From the IMG/VR virus record IMGVR_UViG_3300019132_000022, positions 1 to 37,795 of that record: a DNA stretch of 37,795 nucleotides. One strand, written 5' to 3'. Numbering within the stretch: position 1 is the first letter of the stretch; every line of letters starts with the position of its first letter. Below are positions 7,511 through 14,928 of the stretch, one piece after another. This stretch comes from a virus. The translations under genes and the position numbers were made by a program. The notes under the pieces are model-generated. The model had not been told where the DNA came from, searched no databases, and saw nothing but the letters and a program-made list of their open reading frames with translations.

Positions 7511-7539
7511 TTGATACAGCGCGGGGCGGCTTGACGCAA
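7511..7539 (-). promoter_or_regulatory. Leftward sigma70-like promoter TTGCGT-17-TATCAA
   Basis: Minus strand: TTGCGT caagccgccccgcgctg TATCAA tgtcgcAGGAGGtgccga ATG(7492). Its -35 overlaps the -35 of the rightward promoter. Confidence 0.5.
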
Positions 7540-7559
7540 CATGGGGCATCGCGTATGTT
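7531..7559 (+). promoter_or_regulatory. Rightward sigma70-like promoter TTGACG-17-TATGTT
   Basis: TTGACG (7531-7536), a 17-nt spacer, then TATGTT (7554-7559). The first ATG (7567) follows 7 nt after the -10. Confidence 0.55.
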
Positions 7560-7566
7560 ATTGGAA

Positions 7567-8100
7567 ATGGGATGGCGCATGAGCGAAGCAATGGCGCGGC
7601 TGGGGGAATTCATAGGTGCGCTACGGGGCCCTGAGGCGCGCGCCGTTATGGACGATATCGTGGCCGTTCGCGAGGAGGCGCGCGATGAGGGCCGGAGGGA
7701 GTTGCGCCAGCGCGCCGAGCGCGCGGAGGCAACGCTGCATGTGCGCTCCGTTCAGCTGGCCGAGATGGAGCGCTCGCAGGCGGCAGGGGCTGAGCGCATC
7801 CTGGAGTTGATGGCGAGCCTCCAGCGCGCGGAGGCGGACAACGCGGCGTTGCTGCTGTTCCTCCGCGAGGCGGCCGATGACCTGGAGGACGCGGGATGTC
7901 CGTCGCACGCCGTCAACCCACGCGCCGCCGCCGACGGCGCCCACCCCGGCGCCGCGATGCTGGAGCGGATGCGGGCGCTGGAGGCCATCCGCGACGCGTT
8001 GGTGGCCACGCAGGGGCAGGACCGCCTCTGCGAGGACGAGACCACCGAGACGCTCATGTCGCTGGTCCGTGCCGCCGACGCACTGAGGGTGGCGCCATGA
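7567..8100 (+). CDS. Hypothetical coiled-coil protein, first gene of the rightward arm
   Basis: ORF 7486..8100. In-frame ATGs occur at 7567, 7579 and 7591. 7567 was chosen because of the promoter geometry (leaderless). The protein is Glu/Ala/Arg-rich and helical. Confidence 0.65.
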   Translation: MGWRMSEAMARLGEFIGALRGPEARAVMDDIVAVREEARDEGRRELRQRAERAEATLHVRSVQLAEMERSQAAGAERILELMASLQRAEADNAALLLFLREAADDLEDAGCPSHAVNPRAAADGAHPGAAMLERMRALEAIRDALVATQGQDRLCEDETTETLMSLVRAADALRVAP

Positions 8101-8366
8101 CCGAACCCCTCTCGCAGTGGCGATACAGGTTGACGGTCCGGGAGGCTAGGGAACGGACGGCGCGGGTGGAGGCGGAGGGCATCGCCTTCCGTGCCATCCG
8201 TGAGGCGTGCGGCCTGCCGCGCCCAGACGTGGCGGCGGGGTGGGGCGTGGAGCCCGCCACCATCTCGGCCATCGAGGGGGGCTGGCTCGCGTTCCCCGAG
8301 CGGGCCGACCTCCAGGCAGCCATCTCGCAGTTTTGGTGCTGGGCCACGGAGCGGAGGAGCCCATGA
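8097..8366 (+). CDS. Xre-like helix-turn-helix protein (89 aa)
   Basis: ATG 8097 is in an ATGA overlap, within ORF 7896..8366. IAFRAIREACGLPRPDVAAGWGVEPATISAIEGG resembles an HTH_XRE core. Confidence 0.7.
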   Translation: MTEPLSQWRYRLTVREARERTARVEAEGIAFRAIREACGLPRPDVAAGWGVEPATISAIEGGWLAFPERADLQAAISQFWCWATERRSP

Positions 8367-8635
8367 TCAACATCCTCAACGCACCGATGCGCGTCAACGC
8401 CCGTTCTCGGACGGTGTACTTCTTCGACGGGGACGTGGCGGCGGAGATTGTCTCGGGCTCGGAGGAGCAACAGAAGGCAGCCTTTGTACTCGTGGGGCAG
8501 GCGCAGCGGATGGCGCGCCTGCTGCGTCGTGTCGCTGGCGGTGCGTGCGACTGCACCCGTGGGGCGGACGAGGCGCTGTGTGAGAGGTGCGAGGCGGAGA
8601 AGGTGCTCCGCGATGCCGGGGTGCTCGGTGAATGA
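8363..8635 (+). CDS. Hypothetical protein (90 aa, C-terminal CDC...CERC)
   Basis: ATG 8363 is in an ATGA overlap, within ORF 8207..8635. Confidence 0.65.
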   Translation: MINILNAPMRVNARSRTVYFFDGDVAAEIVSGSEEQQKAAFVLVGQAQRMARLLRRVAGGACDCTRGADEALCERCEAEKVLRDAGVLGE

Positions 8636-8756
8636 TGCATACGGCGCGATGCTGCTTGGAGCGGTGCTTGGACTCGCATGGGGCTTCGTCGCAGGGTGCG
8701 CCTACTCCAACGTCCTCCGACGGCGTGTCGGACCGGGCCGTAGGATGAAGCCATGA
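8628..8756 (+). CDS. Possible small membrane protein (42 aa)
   Basis: GTG 8628, within ORF 8448..8756. Hydrophobic core AMLLGAVLGLAWGFVAGCAY. Its stop overlaps the ATG of the next gene. The start is uncertain. Confidence 0.35.
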   Translation: MNDAYGAMLLGAVLGLAWGFVAGCAYSNVLRRRVGPGRRMKP

Positions 8757-9727
8757 GTCTCTCGCCCGAGGACGCGAAGAAGATAGGCGGGTCGGACGTG
8801 GCCGCCATCGTCGGCGTGAGCCCATACGCTGGCCCGCTATCGGTCTGGTGCCGCATCGTCCACGGTGCGGACTCGCCGGACAACGCGCACACGGGGCGGG
8901 GGCGGCGCCTAGAGCCCGTCGTCCTGGACTGGTACCGCGAGACGACGGGGCATCTCGTCGAGGAGGGTGTGCGACTCCGAGACCCGCGACGCCCCTATGT
9001 GCGTGGGTCGCTGGACGCCATCGCCTCGAATGGCCCATGGAATCCACGCGTGGTGGAGGTGAAGACGGCGAATGCCTCGCAGATGGGATACTGGGGCGAC
9101 GAGGGGACAGACGCCATCCCACCGTGGTACCTCGCCCAGGTGCACTTCTACCTCGGCTTCGGCCGCGAGACGGGCGTGGTGAGTGACGACGTGGCCGACG
9201 TCCCGGCGCTCATCGCCGGGGACTTCCGCCTGTACCACGTGCGGCACGACGCGGAGGTGTACGCCGCGCTCTCGGAGGCCGTTGACCGCTTCTGGGTGGA
9301 CCATGTGCTCCCGCGCAGGCCGCCCGAGCCCACGCCCCTGCCCCGCGACCTGGAGAGCGTCTCCCGGGCCTTCCGCCGCTCCGAGGGTGGCGCGGTGGAC
9401 TTCGCCAGCCTCCCGCCGGAGACACAGGTGGTGCTCGAGGAGTATCTCCGTGCCTGGGAGGAGGAGTCAGCCGCGGCGGACCGGCGGGCCCTTTGGGAGG
9501 CGCGGACGAAGTTGGCGCTGGGCTCCGTTCCTGCCGTGCGCGGGCTGCCGCTCGGTTTTTCGAGCCTGTCCTGGGGCGAGCAGGGCGGGAAGACGCAGTG
9601 GAAGCGCGTGGCCGAGGCGCTGGCGAAGAATCACGGACTGGAGAAGCAACTTCGGGCGCTGGTCGCCGAGAATACCGGGGAGGCCTCACGGCCCTTCACG
9701 CCACGCAAAACGAGGAAGAAGACATGA
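8753..9727 (+). CDS. YqaJ-like (lambda Exo-type, PD-(D/E)xK) recombination exonuclease
   Basis: GGSDVAAIVGVSPYAGPLSVW, RGRRLEPVVLDWY and GSLDAI...VVEVKT match the YqaJ viral recombinase motifs. Paired with recT two genes downstream. Confidence 0.85.
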   Translation: MSLSPEDAKKIGGSDVAAIVGVSPYAGPLSVWCRIVHGADSPDNAHTGRGRRLEPVVLDWYRETTGHLVEEGVRLRDPRRPYVRGSLDAIASNGPWNPRVVEVKTANASQMGYWGDEGTDAIPPWYLAQVHFYLGFGRETGVVSDDVADVPALIAGDFRLYHVRHDAEVYAALSEAVDRFWVDHVLPRRPPEPTPLPRDLESVSRAFRRSEGGAVDFASLPPETQVVLEEYLRAWEEESAAADRRALWEARTKLALGSVPAVRGLPLGFSSLSWGEQGGKTQWKRVAEALAKNHGLEKQLRALVAENTGEASRPFTPRKTRKKT

Positions 9728-10074
9728 TTGGACAGTCATACGGGGCGACCGGCATCACGGTCTGGGAGATAGGCCGAGATAAGTGGCACGCGGAGGCGCG
9801 CTTCTTTGATGACGGCTTCGCGGAGTTGGGGTCGAGCGAGGGCGTCATTCGGACGCGGTACGTCGGCCCGCTGGCGCGCGTGGTGGACATCGTGAAGGCG
9901 GATGCTGAGCGTATGGGCATCCGGTGGTCTAACCCCGCCCACCATGCGCCGTGCATCTACTACGAGGGCGACGGAGAGAACCCCGCCCACCCGGCGCCGC
10001 AGGGGTGGCGAACGCGCATATCCGCTGAGTGCGAGCGGCTGGGGTGGTGCAACATCTACAAGGAGCAGGCATGA
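9724..10074 (+). CDS. Hypothetical protein (116 aa)
   Basis: ATG 9724 is in an ATGA overlap, within ORF 9493..10074. Confidence 0.7.
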   Translation: MIGQSYGATGITVWEIGRDKWHAEARFFDDGFAELGSSEGVIRTRYVGPLARVVDIVKADAERMGIRWSNPAHHAPCIYYEGDGENPAHPAPQGWRTRISAECERLGWCNIYKEQA

Positions 10075-10991
10075 GCACGACGATTCAGGGACAGAAGCAG
10101 CAGGCACTGAGCGTAACGCCCGTGGACAAGATGATGCTGAGCCTCATGGGGGAATTCGACCGGCGGGAGGCGCGGCTGGAGAACCTCCTCCCCCGTGACA
10201 TGCCGGTGGAGCGCTTCAAGGAGTCCGTGCGCTTCGCCCTGGCGGCTACCCCGGCGCTCCTGAAGTGCGACCCGGGCTCGGTGATGCTCTCCGTGATGAA
10301 GGCGGCGAAGCTCGGCATCGACGTGGCGGCCGGGCCGCTCGGGCACGGTGCGCTCGTGCCATTCGGTGCCGATTGCACCTTCGTGCCCATGTTCAAGGGC
10401 CTCGTCATGCTGGCCGTCACAGCAGGCGTGGTGCGGGACATGAACCCCGTGCTCGTCTACGAGCGGGACCACTTCGTGCCCACGGAGGGCGATGAGCCTC
10501 GCGTGGACCACAGGCCCTATGTGCCGAAGAACGCGAAGGACTCTCGAGGCGCCATCATCGCGGCCTACACCCGCGTCACGTTCCCGGATGGCTCCCGGGC
10601 CATCAAGGGGGTGCTCTTCGCGGACGACATCGAGCGCATCGCCAATTCCTCCAGCGGACGCAACACCCCGTGGAATGGCCCCCACCGCCCGGAAATGGTG
10701 AAGAAGTCCACGGTGAAGAACGCCTTCAAGACGCTGGGCGTGCCGTCCTCGGAACAGGCCAACCGCCTCCGGGATGCGCTGGCCGCCGACATCGAGGCGG
10801 AGGCGCGCGGCGTGGATGAGGAAGCGACGCACGCCGTCACGCCATCGCCCTCCGTGGGCACCGAAGGGCTCAAGGCGTCGCTGAAGACGAAGAAGCCCGC
10901 CACGAGCTCCCCGCCCGATGATGCCGTGACGGAGCCGCTCCACAGCAGCCATCCCGGGGCGGAACCGCCGGAGCCGGGGGCGGAGGGATGA
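10071..10991 (+). CDS. recT: RecT-family single-strand annealing protein
   Basis: ATG 10071 is in an ATGA overlap. GALVPFGADCTFVPMFKGLVMLAVTAGVVRDMNPVLVYERDHF...RGAIIAAYTRVTFPDGS...EMVKKSTVKNAFKTL follows the RecT pattern. Confidence 0.85.
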   Translation: MSTTIQGQKQQALSVTPVDKMMLSLMGEFDRREARLENLLPRDMPVERFKESVRFALAATPALLKCDPGSVMLSVMKAAKLGIDVAAGPLGHGALVPFGADCTFVPMFKGLVMLAVTAGVVRDMNPVLVYERDHFVPTEGDEPRVDHRPYVPKNAKDSRGAIIAAYTRVTFPDGSRAIKGVLFADDIERIANSSSGRNTPWNGPHRPEMVKKSTVKNAFKTLGVPSSEQANRLRDALAADIEAEARGVDEEATHAVTPSPSVGTEGLKASLKTKKPATSSPPDDAVTEPLHSSHPGAEPPEPGAEG

Positions 10992-11266
10992 GCACCACCA
11001 CGACACCGCCCGAGCCACAGTGGAACGGGCGCACGCGGGAGATGTACGCCCAGTGGTTCGTGGACTGCCACTACTTCGAGCCTCTCGACGGCGAGACGTA
11101 CCCGCGCCGGTCAGAGGCGGATGCCTACGAGGAGTGGAAACCGGTGGCCGCCGCGCTGGGCGTGTGGCGGACCCAGTCCGTCGACATTCCGCCCGAGGTC
11201 TGCGCCCGCATCAATACCCTGTACGTTGAACGCGGGGAAGCGCCGGTGTGCTGGGGCGAGGGGTGA
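10988..11266 (+). CDS. Hypothetical protein (92 aa)
   Basis: ORF track. ATGA overlap with the recT stop. Confidence 0.7.
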   Translation: MSTTTTPPEPQWNGRTREMYAQWFVDCHYFEPLDGETYPRRSEADAYEEWKPVAAALGVWRTQSVDIPPEVCARINTLYVERGEAPVCWGEG

Positions 11267-11310
11267 CAAACGACGCCTCGGGCGTCTTCACGCAGGATAA
11301 GGAGAAGCAC

Positions 11311-11613
11311 ATGGGGAACGAGAAGGGCGAAGAGAAGACGCTGGGACAGGTGGGATTCGATGCGTATGGCGACAAGCCCGGCGCACACGGCCCGTGGAGG
11401 ACCTTCGACGGGCGCGACATGCCGAGGTGGGAGGCGCTCGCGGGTGAGACCGGCACCCTGACGCGCGCTCGGTGGGAGGCGGCGGCTGAGGCCATCGGGT
11501 ACGAGTTCATGACCCGGAACGGCTTCGAGTGGGACGCCTTCGCGCACCGCTGGGTCCAGAAGGGGCCCAAGACGGGTTCGGCGGTGAAGTGGAACCGAAC
11601 GACGGGGGCATGA
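11311..11613 (+). CDS. Hypothetical protein (100 aa from MGNEKGEE)
   Basis: Internal ATG of ORF 11248..11613, preceded by AAGGAGAAG. A small hairpin (gacgcc tcg ggcgtc, 11272-11286) lies upstream. Confidence 0.7.
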   Translation: MGNEKGEEKTLGQVGFDAYGDKPGAHGPWRTFDGRDMPRWEALAGETGTLTRARWEAAAEAIGYEFMTRNGFEWDAFAHRWVQKGPKTGSAVKWNRTTGA

Positions 11614-11858
11614 CCATGGCAACCATCACCAGCGAGCAGTGGAGCAAGCAGCAGGCCGAGGTGTGGGGTGACAAGGACCCGGAGGTGTTCAGCCGAGTCC
11701 AAGACCGCATCCGCCGCCAGGAAGCCGAGGTGTTGCGCGAGGTCGAGCGGATGATGGAGGCGCGGGTGGTACCCCATGCGCTCCTAGGGTACGTCACCAA
11801 CAGCATACTGCGGGGTGTCGACTCCGTCGAGCACGGCCCGCTGGGCGACAAGGCCTAG
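11610..11858 (+). CDS. Hypothetical protein (82 aa)
   Basis: ATG 11610 is in an ATGA overlap, within ORF 11529..11858. Confidence 0.7.
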   Translation: MTMATITSEQWSKQQAEVWGDKDPEVFSRVQDRIRRQEAEVLREVERMMEARVVPHALLGYVTNSILRGVDSVEHGPLGDKA

Positions 11859-11865
11859 CGAACTG

Positions 11866-11889
11866 GGCGCCATCTTCCGGGGTGGCGCC
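11866..11889 (+). terminator. Stem-loop at the end of the rightward early arm
   Basis: ggcgcca (11866-11872) pairs with tggcgcc (11883-11889), followed by attcgtctttc. Confidence 0.5.
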
Positions 11890-11927
11890 ATTCGTCTTTC
11901 GGGCGCACCTTCAGGGTAGGAGGCAAC

Positions 11928-12179
11928 ATGGCGACGAAGGCGAAGAGCACGAAGAAGAGCAAGGCGGCGACCAGGAACCCCGCGAAGAGGGGCGGGGCAA
12001 GGGAGATGACGCTCTCCGCCCGCACGCGGGCGAGTGCGCTCGGCACGTGGATTGCCCAGCGCGAGAAGACGTCTCCTGATTTCGGCGCCGAGGTACAGAG
12101 CGCTTACAGCGCAGTTACGCAGCGCCCGGGCATGGGGTGGAAGGTCGCCCAGGCGGAACCCAGACAGACGGCACACTAG
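11928..12179 (+). CDS. Small basic protein (83 aa, Lys/Arg-rich N-terminus)
   Basis: ORF track, preceded by TAGGAGG. MATKAKSTKKSKAATRNPAKRGG suggests nucleic-acid binding. Confidence 0.65.
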   Translation: MATKAKSTKKSKAATRNPAKRGGAREMTLSARTRASALGTWIAQREKTSPDFGAEVQSAYSAVTQRPGMGWKVAQAEPRQTAH

Positions 12180-12219
12180 CGAGGTGGCTCACGGGTGCGG
12201 GCGGGGTGTACGCTGAGTC

Positions 12220-12585
12220 GTGCCCCGCTCGCCCCTGCTGCCGCTCCTCCGCGTTGGTGCCGCACTCGCCGTGGGGTGCGTGCTGCTCTACTGCCCGCGG
12301 CGAAAGCAGCCGGCGCCATTCCGCCCTCCGGAGCCAGCCGTCTGGGCGACGGACATCGCGCCCAGTGCCCCGGGGTGGCTTCAGGTGGGGCTGAAGGCGA
12401 CGGGCCCGCTGCCCGGCCAGAAGCGCCCGCCGTGCACGCCCGTGAGGGAGCGCGAGTTGGTGGGCGCCTGCTGGATTGGGACGGAGCACCGCCCGCCCTG
12501 CCCGGAGGCCGTCTATGAGGTGGCCAGCCGCTGCGTCCTGCCCGTCGGCGTGGCCACCCGGGAGCCTATGACGCTGGGACGCTAG
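12220..12585 (+). CDS. Secreted or lipoprotein-like Cys-rich protein (121 aa)
   Basis: ORF track with a GTG start. N-terminal signal-like LLPLLRVGAALAVGC, then Pro-rich sequence with four further Cys residues. Confidence 0.55.
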   Translation: MPRSPLLPLLRVGAALAVGCVLLYCPRRKQPAPFRPPEPAVWATDIAPSAPGWLQVGLKATGPLPGQKRPPCTPVRERELVGACWIGTEHRPPCPEAVYEVASRCVLPVGVATREPMTLGR

Positions 12586-12749
12586 CGCCAGAGGATGGCA
12601 GCCAGGACCCCGGGCAGAATCTCCCGGGCCTTGTCGTCCCAGAAGGCGCGGCCCTTGTCGGAGCAGTCAACGTAGAGGCGAACGGCGAGTCCGGACTCAC
12701 GATAGGCACGGGCAAGGGCGGCGGCGAAGACGGCGATGGGAGTGGTCAT
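12582..12749 (-). CDS. Small hypothetical protein (55 aa, MTTPIAVFAAALARAY...)
   Basis: C-terminal part of ORF 12582..13052. ATG 12749 lies 6 nt downstream of the GATAAT of promoter motif 12756-12784. Convergent with 12220..12585, overlapping it by 4 nt. Confidence 0.45.
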   Translation of the reverse strand: MTTPIAVFAAALARAYRESGLAVRLYVDCSDKGRAFWDDKAREILPGVLAAILWR

Positions 12750-12755
12750 GCGGGG

Positions 12756-12784
12756 ATTATCGGAGCGAGCGGGCAAGAGTTGCG
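12756..12784 (-). promoter_or_regulatory. Promoter-like motif CGCAACTCT-N14-GATAAT (family member 3)
   Basis: Minus strand: CGCAAC tcttgcccgctcgctcc GATAAT ccccgc ATG(12749). Confidence 0.5.
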
Positions 12785-12834
12785 TGCGCTGCGCTCGCTT
12801 GCACGGCGTCTGCGGGGCGTGACACTCTGCGCAC

Positions 12835-13146
12835 ATGCCCGGGTCAGAGCCGACACCAGCCCTCCTGAACGAGAAGACCGCCTTCACATGGCCCGTGGTG
12901 GCCTCCCTTATCACCTGTGCAGTCCTGGTGGGCGGGGGGATGATGCAGGTGGAGGGGCTCCGGCGGGACCATGACTTGCTCCGGGCCCGGGTGGACCTGC
13001 TCGAGCACCAGCAGAGCGCCGACCGCGGCCAGCTCCACGCCCAGGGGGCCACGCTCGTTCAGGTGAAGGAGATTCTCCTGGAACTCAAGGGCGATGTCCG
13101 GGACGCCCTGCGCGGCGGCGTGCGCTCGGCCTCGCACCAGCAGTAG
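12835..13146 (+). CDS. Membrane-anchored coiled-coil protein (103 aa)
   Basis: ORF track. One TM segment (FTWPVVASLITCAVLVGGGMM) is followed by heptad-like sequence. Third-position G/C is high. Confidence 0.7.
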   Translation: MPGSEPTPALLNEKTAFTWPVVASLITCAVLVGGGMMQVEGLRRDHDLLRARVDLLEHQQSADRGQLHAQGATLVQVKEILLELKGDVRDALRGGVRSASHQQ

Positions 13147-13182
13147 TGCTAGCCTCGATCGGAACCCCAACCTGGAGCACGC

Positions 13183-13530
13183 ATGAAGCCCGCCGACATC
13201 GCTCGCATCTGCCATGAAGCCAACCGCGCCTACTGCCTGTCGCTGGGAGACGCGTCCCAGCCGTCCTGGGATGACGCGCCGGACTGGCAGAGGACCAGCG
13301 CCGTCAATGGCGTAGCGTTCAATCTGGCCCGCCCGGACGCACCCGCAAGCCACAGTCACGACTGCTGGCTGGAGGAGAAACGCGCCGCCGGATGGCGGTA
13401 CGGGGCGGTGAAAGACGCCGAGAGAAAGGAACACCCGTGCTTCTTGCCGTATGAGCAGCTCCCGGCGGAGCAGAAGCGCAAGGACCACCTGTTCAAGGCC
13501 ATTGTCAACGCGCTGTCCACCTCGCTGTAA
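13183..13530 (+). CDS. RyR (ryanodine-receptor repeat) domain protein
   Basis: HDCWLEEKRAAGWRYGAVKDAERKEHPCFLPYEQLPAEQKRKDHLFKAIV matches the RyR-domain signature (H..W...k...GW.yG....d...k.hP.l.pyeeLp..ek.kd). An RBS (GGAG) lies upstream. Confidence 0.8.
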   Translation: MKPADIARICHEANRAYCLSLGDASQPSWDDAPDWQRTSAVNGVAFNLARPDAPASHSHDCWLEEKRAAGWRYGAVKDAERKEHPCFLPYEQLPAEQKRKDHLFKAIVNALSTSL

Positions 13531-13542
13531 CCCGGAGCACTC

Positions 13543-13782
13543 ATGTCCAAGCCGCCCGTCACCCTCGCCGACCTCACCGACACGGAGGGCGTCCAGCGCA
13601 ACGAGACGCCTGCCCAACCCGACTGGCACGTGACGCTCAAGCGCATCCTCGCCGGAGTCGTGGTGGTGGCCGGTGCTGGCGCCGCCATCCTCCCGCCGCA
13701 TACCATCGCCCATCAGGTCTGCGTGGCCATCCTCGGGCTCGGTGGTCTCGGCATCACCTCGACGGGCAACGCGAAGAAGTAG
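13543..13782 (+). CDS. Small membrane protein with two hydrophobic segments (79 aa)
   Basis: ORF track with a GGAG RBS. The two hydrophobic segments are ILAGVVVVAGAGAAIL and VCVAILGLGGLGI. Confidence 0.7.
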   Translation: MSKPPVTLADLTDTEGVQRNETPAQPDWHVTLKRILAGVVVVAGAGAAILPPHTIAHQVCVAILGLGGLGITSTGNAKK

Positions 13783-13792
13783 CCCGCAAGAC

Positions 13793-13822
13793 GAAGGGCC
13801 CGGACCGAAGCCCGAGCCCTTC
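13793..13822. terminator. Stem-loop between convergent units
   Basis: gaagggc (13793-13799) pairs with gcccttc (13816-13822). Confidence 0.45.
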
Positions 13823-13961
13823 TCCCCGGCGCCTTTCGGCGGTCCGGCCCGGCGAACGTTGCCGCTCGCTCGGGGTTGTCGGCGCGTGGCGCCGCCTCCC
13901 GGCGGGGCTACGCTCTCCGCCCATGTCTCGGACGATGCACCCGCCCGCGCCCTGACGCAAA

Positions 13962-14246
13962 CTACAGCTGCCTCCGAAGTGGGCCCTCATTCGTGTTGCT
14001 GTACCTGTCTTCACAGTCCTCGCAATCGAGACACGTGAGGTCGCCGCATGACTCGGGAATGGCGGCGTCTTCCTTTCGCTCTGCGGACAGCGCCGACATC
14101 ACCGCGCCCGTCACGAAGGTGTGGGCATAGGGCAGGGACAGGAAGGCCCGCAGCGCCGCACGCTCCTCCTGCCGGCCCCCGTCACGCTCGGCGTCCTCCT
14201 TGAGAGTCTCCCAGACGGCTTCGGCCGTTGTCTCCGCGTCGCTCAT
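13962..14246 (-). CDS. Acidic protein with a Cys-rich C-terminus (94 aa from MSDAETT)
   Basis: ORF 13962..14270 with ATG 14246 in an ATGA overlap. Contains CGDLTCLDCEDCED. Confidence 0.65.
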   Translation of the reverse strand: MSDAETTAEAVWETLKEDAERDGGRQEERAALRAFLSLPYAHTFVTGAVMSALSAERKEDAAIPESCGDLTCLDCEDCEDRYSNTNEGPLRRQL

Positions 14247-14416
14247 GACTCCACGTCCTCTCTGGCGCACTGCGCCGCGTATTGCTCCCGACGCTCCTCG
14301 TCCTCAGCACACGGCGAGCAGAGGCCCTGCACCGCCGCCGGGCGAAGGTGGCAGAAGCCGCAGGGCAGCCGTGGCAGGAGAAGCCAGGGGCGTTCGGCCT
14401 GGATTGCCTCGGCCAT
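14243..14416 (-). CDS. Small Zn-ribbon-like protein (57 aa; CGFC...CSPC)
   Basis: Internal ATG 14416 of ORF 14243..14464, 5 nt after the upstream stop. Confidence 0.6.
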   Translation of the reverse strand: MAEAIQAERPWLLLPRLPCGFCHLRPAAVQGLCSPCAEDEERREQYAAQCAREDVES

Positions 14417-14421
14417 GGTTG

Positions 14422-14649
14422 TCACGTGGCTGCCCCGGTCTCCCGCTCTTCGCGGAGTCGCCACGCCGCGCGCAGCATTCGCGCGGCACCAACCACGGCC
14501 TGGGCCAACGCCTCCCGGCCGTTGTTGCGCTCCTCCCAGTCACGGGCCACGAGCACCCTATCGCTGCTCAGGATGGTCTCAGTTCCACGGTCGTGCGCCT
14601 CCAGTTCGTCAACGGCGCGTTCAAGTTGCTCTTGCAGTACGGGCTTCAT
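14422..14649 (-). CDS. Hypothetical helical protein (75 aa from MKPVLQEQ)
   Basis: Internal ATG 14649 of ORF 14422..14865, preceded by AGGAGG and by promoter motif 14667-14695. Confidence 0.65.
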   Translation of the reverse strand: MKPVLQEQLERAVDELEAHDRGTETILSSDRVLVARDWEERNNGREALAQAVVGAARMLRAAWRLREERETGAAT

Positions 14650-14666
14650 TACGTCCTCCTGTTCTG

Positions 14667-14695
14667 ATTCTCGGGCCGAGGCTCGAGGAGTTGCG
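14667..14695 (-). promoter_or_regulatory. Promoter-like motif CGCAACTCC-N14-GAGAAT (family member 4)
   Basis: Minus strand: CGCAAC tcctcgagcctcggccc GAGAAT cagaacAGGAGGacgta ATG(14649). Confidence 0.55.
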
Positions 14696-14713
14696 TGGCC
14701 ATTTCCCGGGGAA

Positions 14714-14926
14714 TTACTGCGGCGTCCACGGCAGGGCCGTCCAGACGCCGCGCTTACAGACGGCCACCCTCCCGCCGTTGCGGAGCAGGTAGCACGTCCA
14801 GGCGAGTTGGCCCCGGAGGGTGGTGATGGCGGCGCCCTGCTCACGGAGGTCCGCCTCCTTGCCACGCGCCCGGTCCCAGAGGTCGCCCTGGCGGTTGTAG
14901 ATGACGAGCGAGTAGGTGGGGTCCAT
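14714..14926 (-). CDS. Small conserved protein, paralog B of 7116..7319 (70 aa from MDPTYSLV)
   Basis: Internal ATG 14926 of ORF 14714..15067. Shares LREQGAAITTLRGQLAW...CKRGVW with copy A, and the 16-nt string tccagacgccgcgctt at the DNA level. Confidence 0.7.
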   Translation of the reverse strand: MDPTYSLVIYNRQGDLWDRARGKEADLREQGAAITTLRGQLAWTCYLLRNGGRVAVCKRGVWTALPWTPQ

Positions 14927-14928
14927 GA

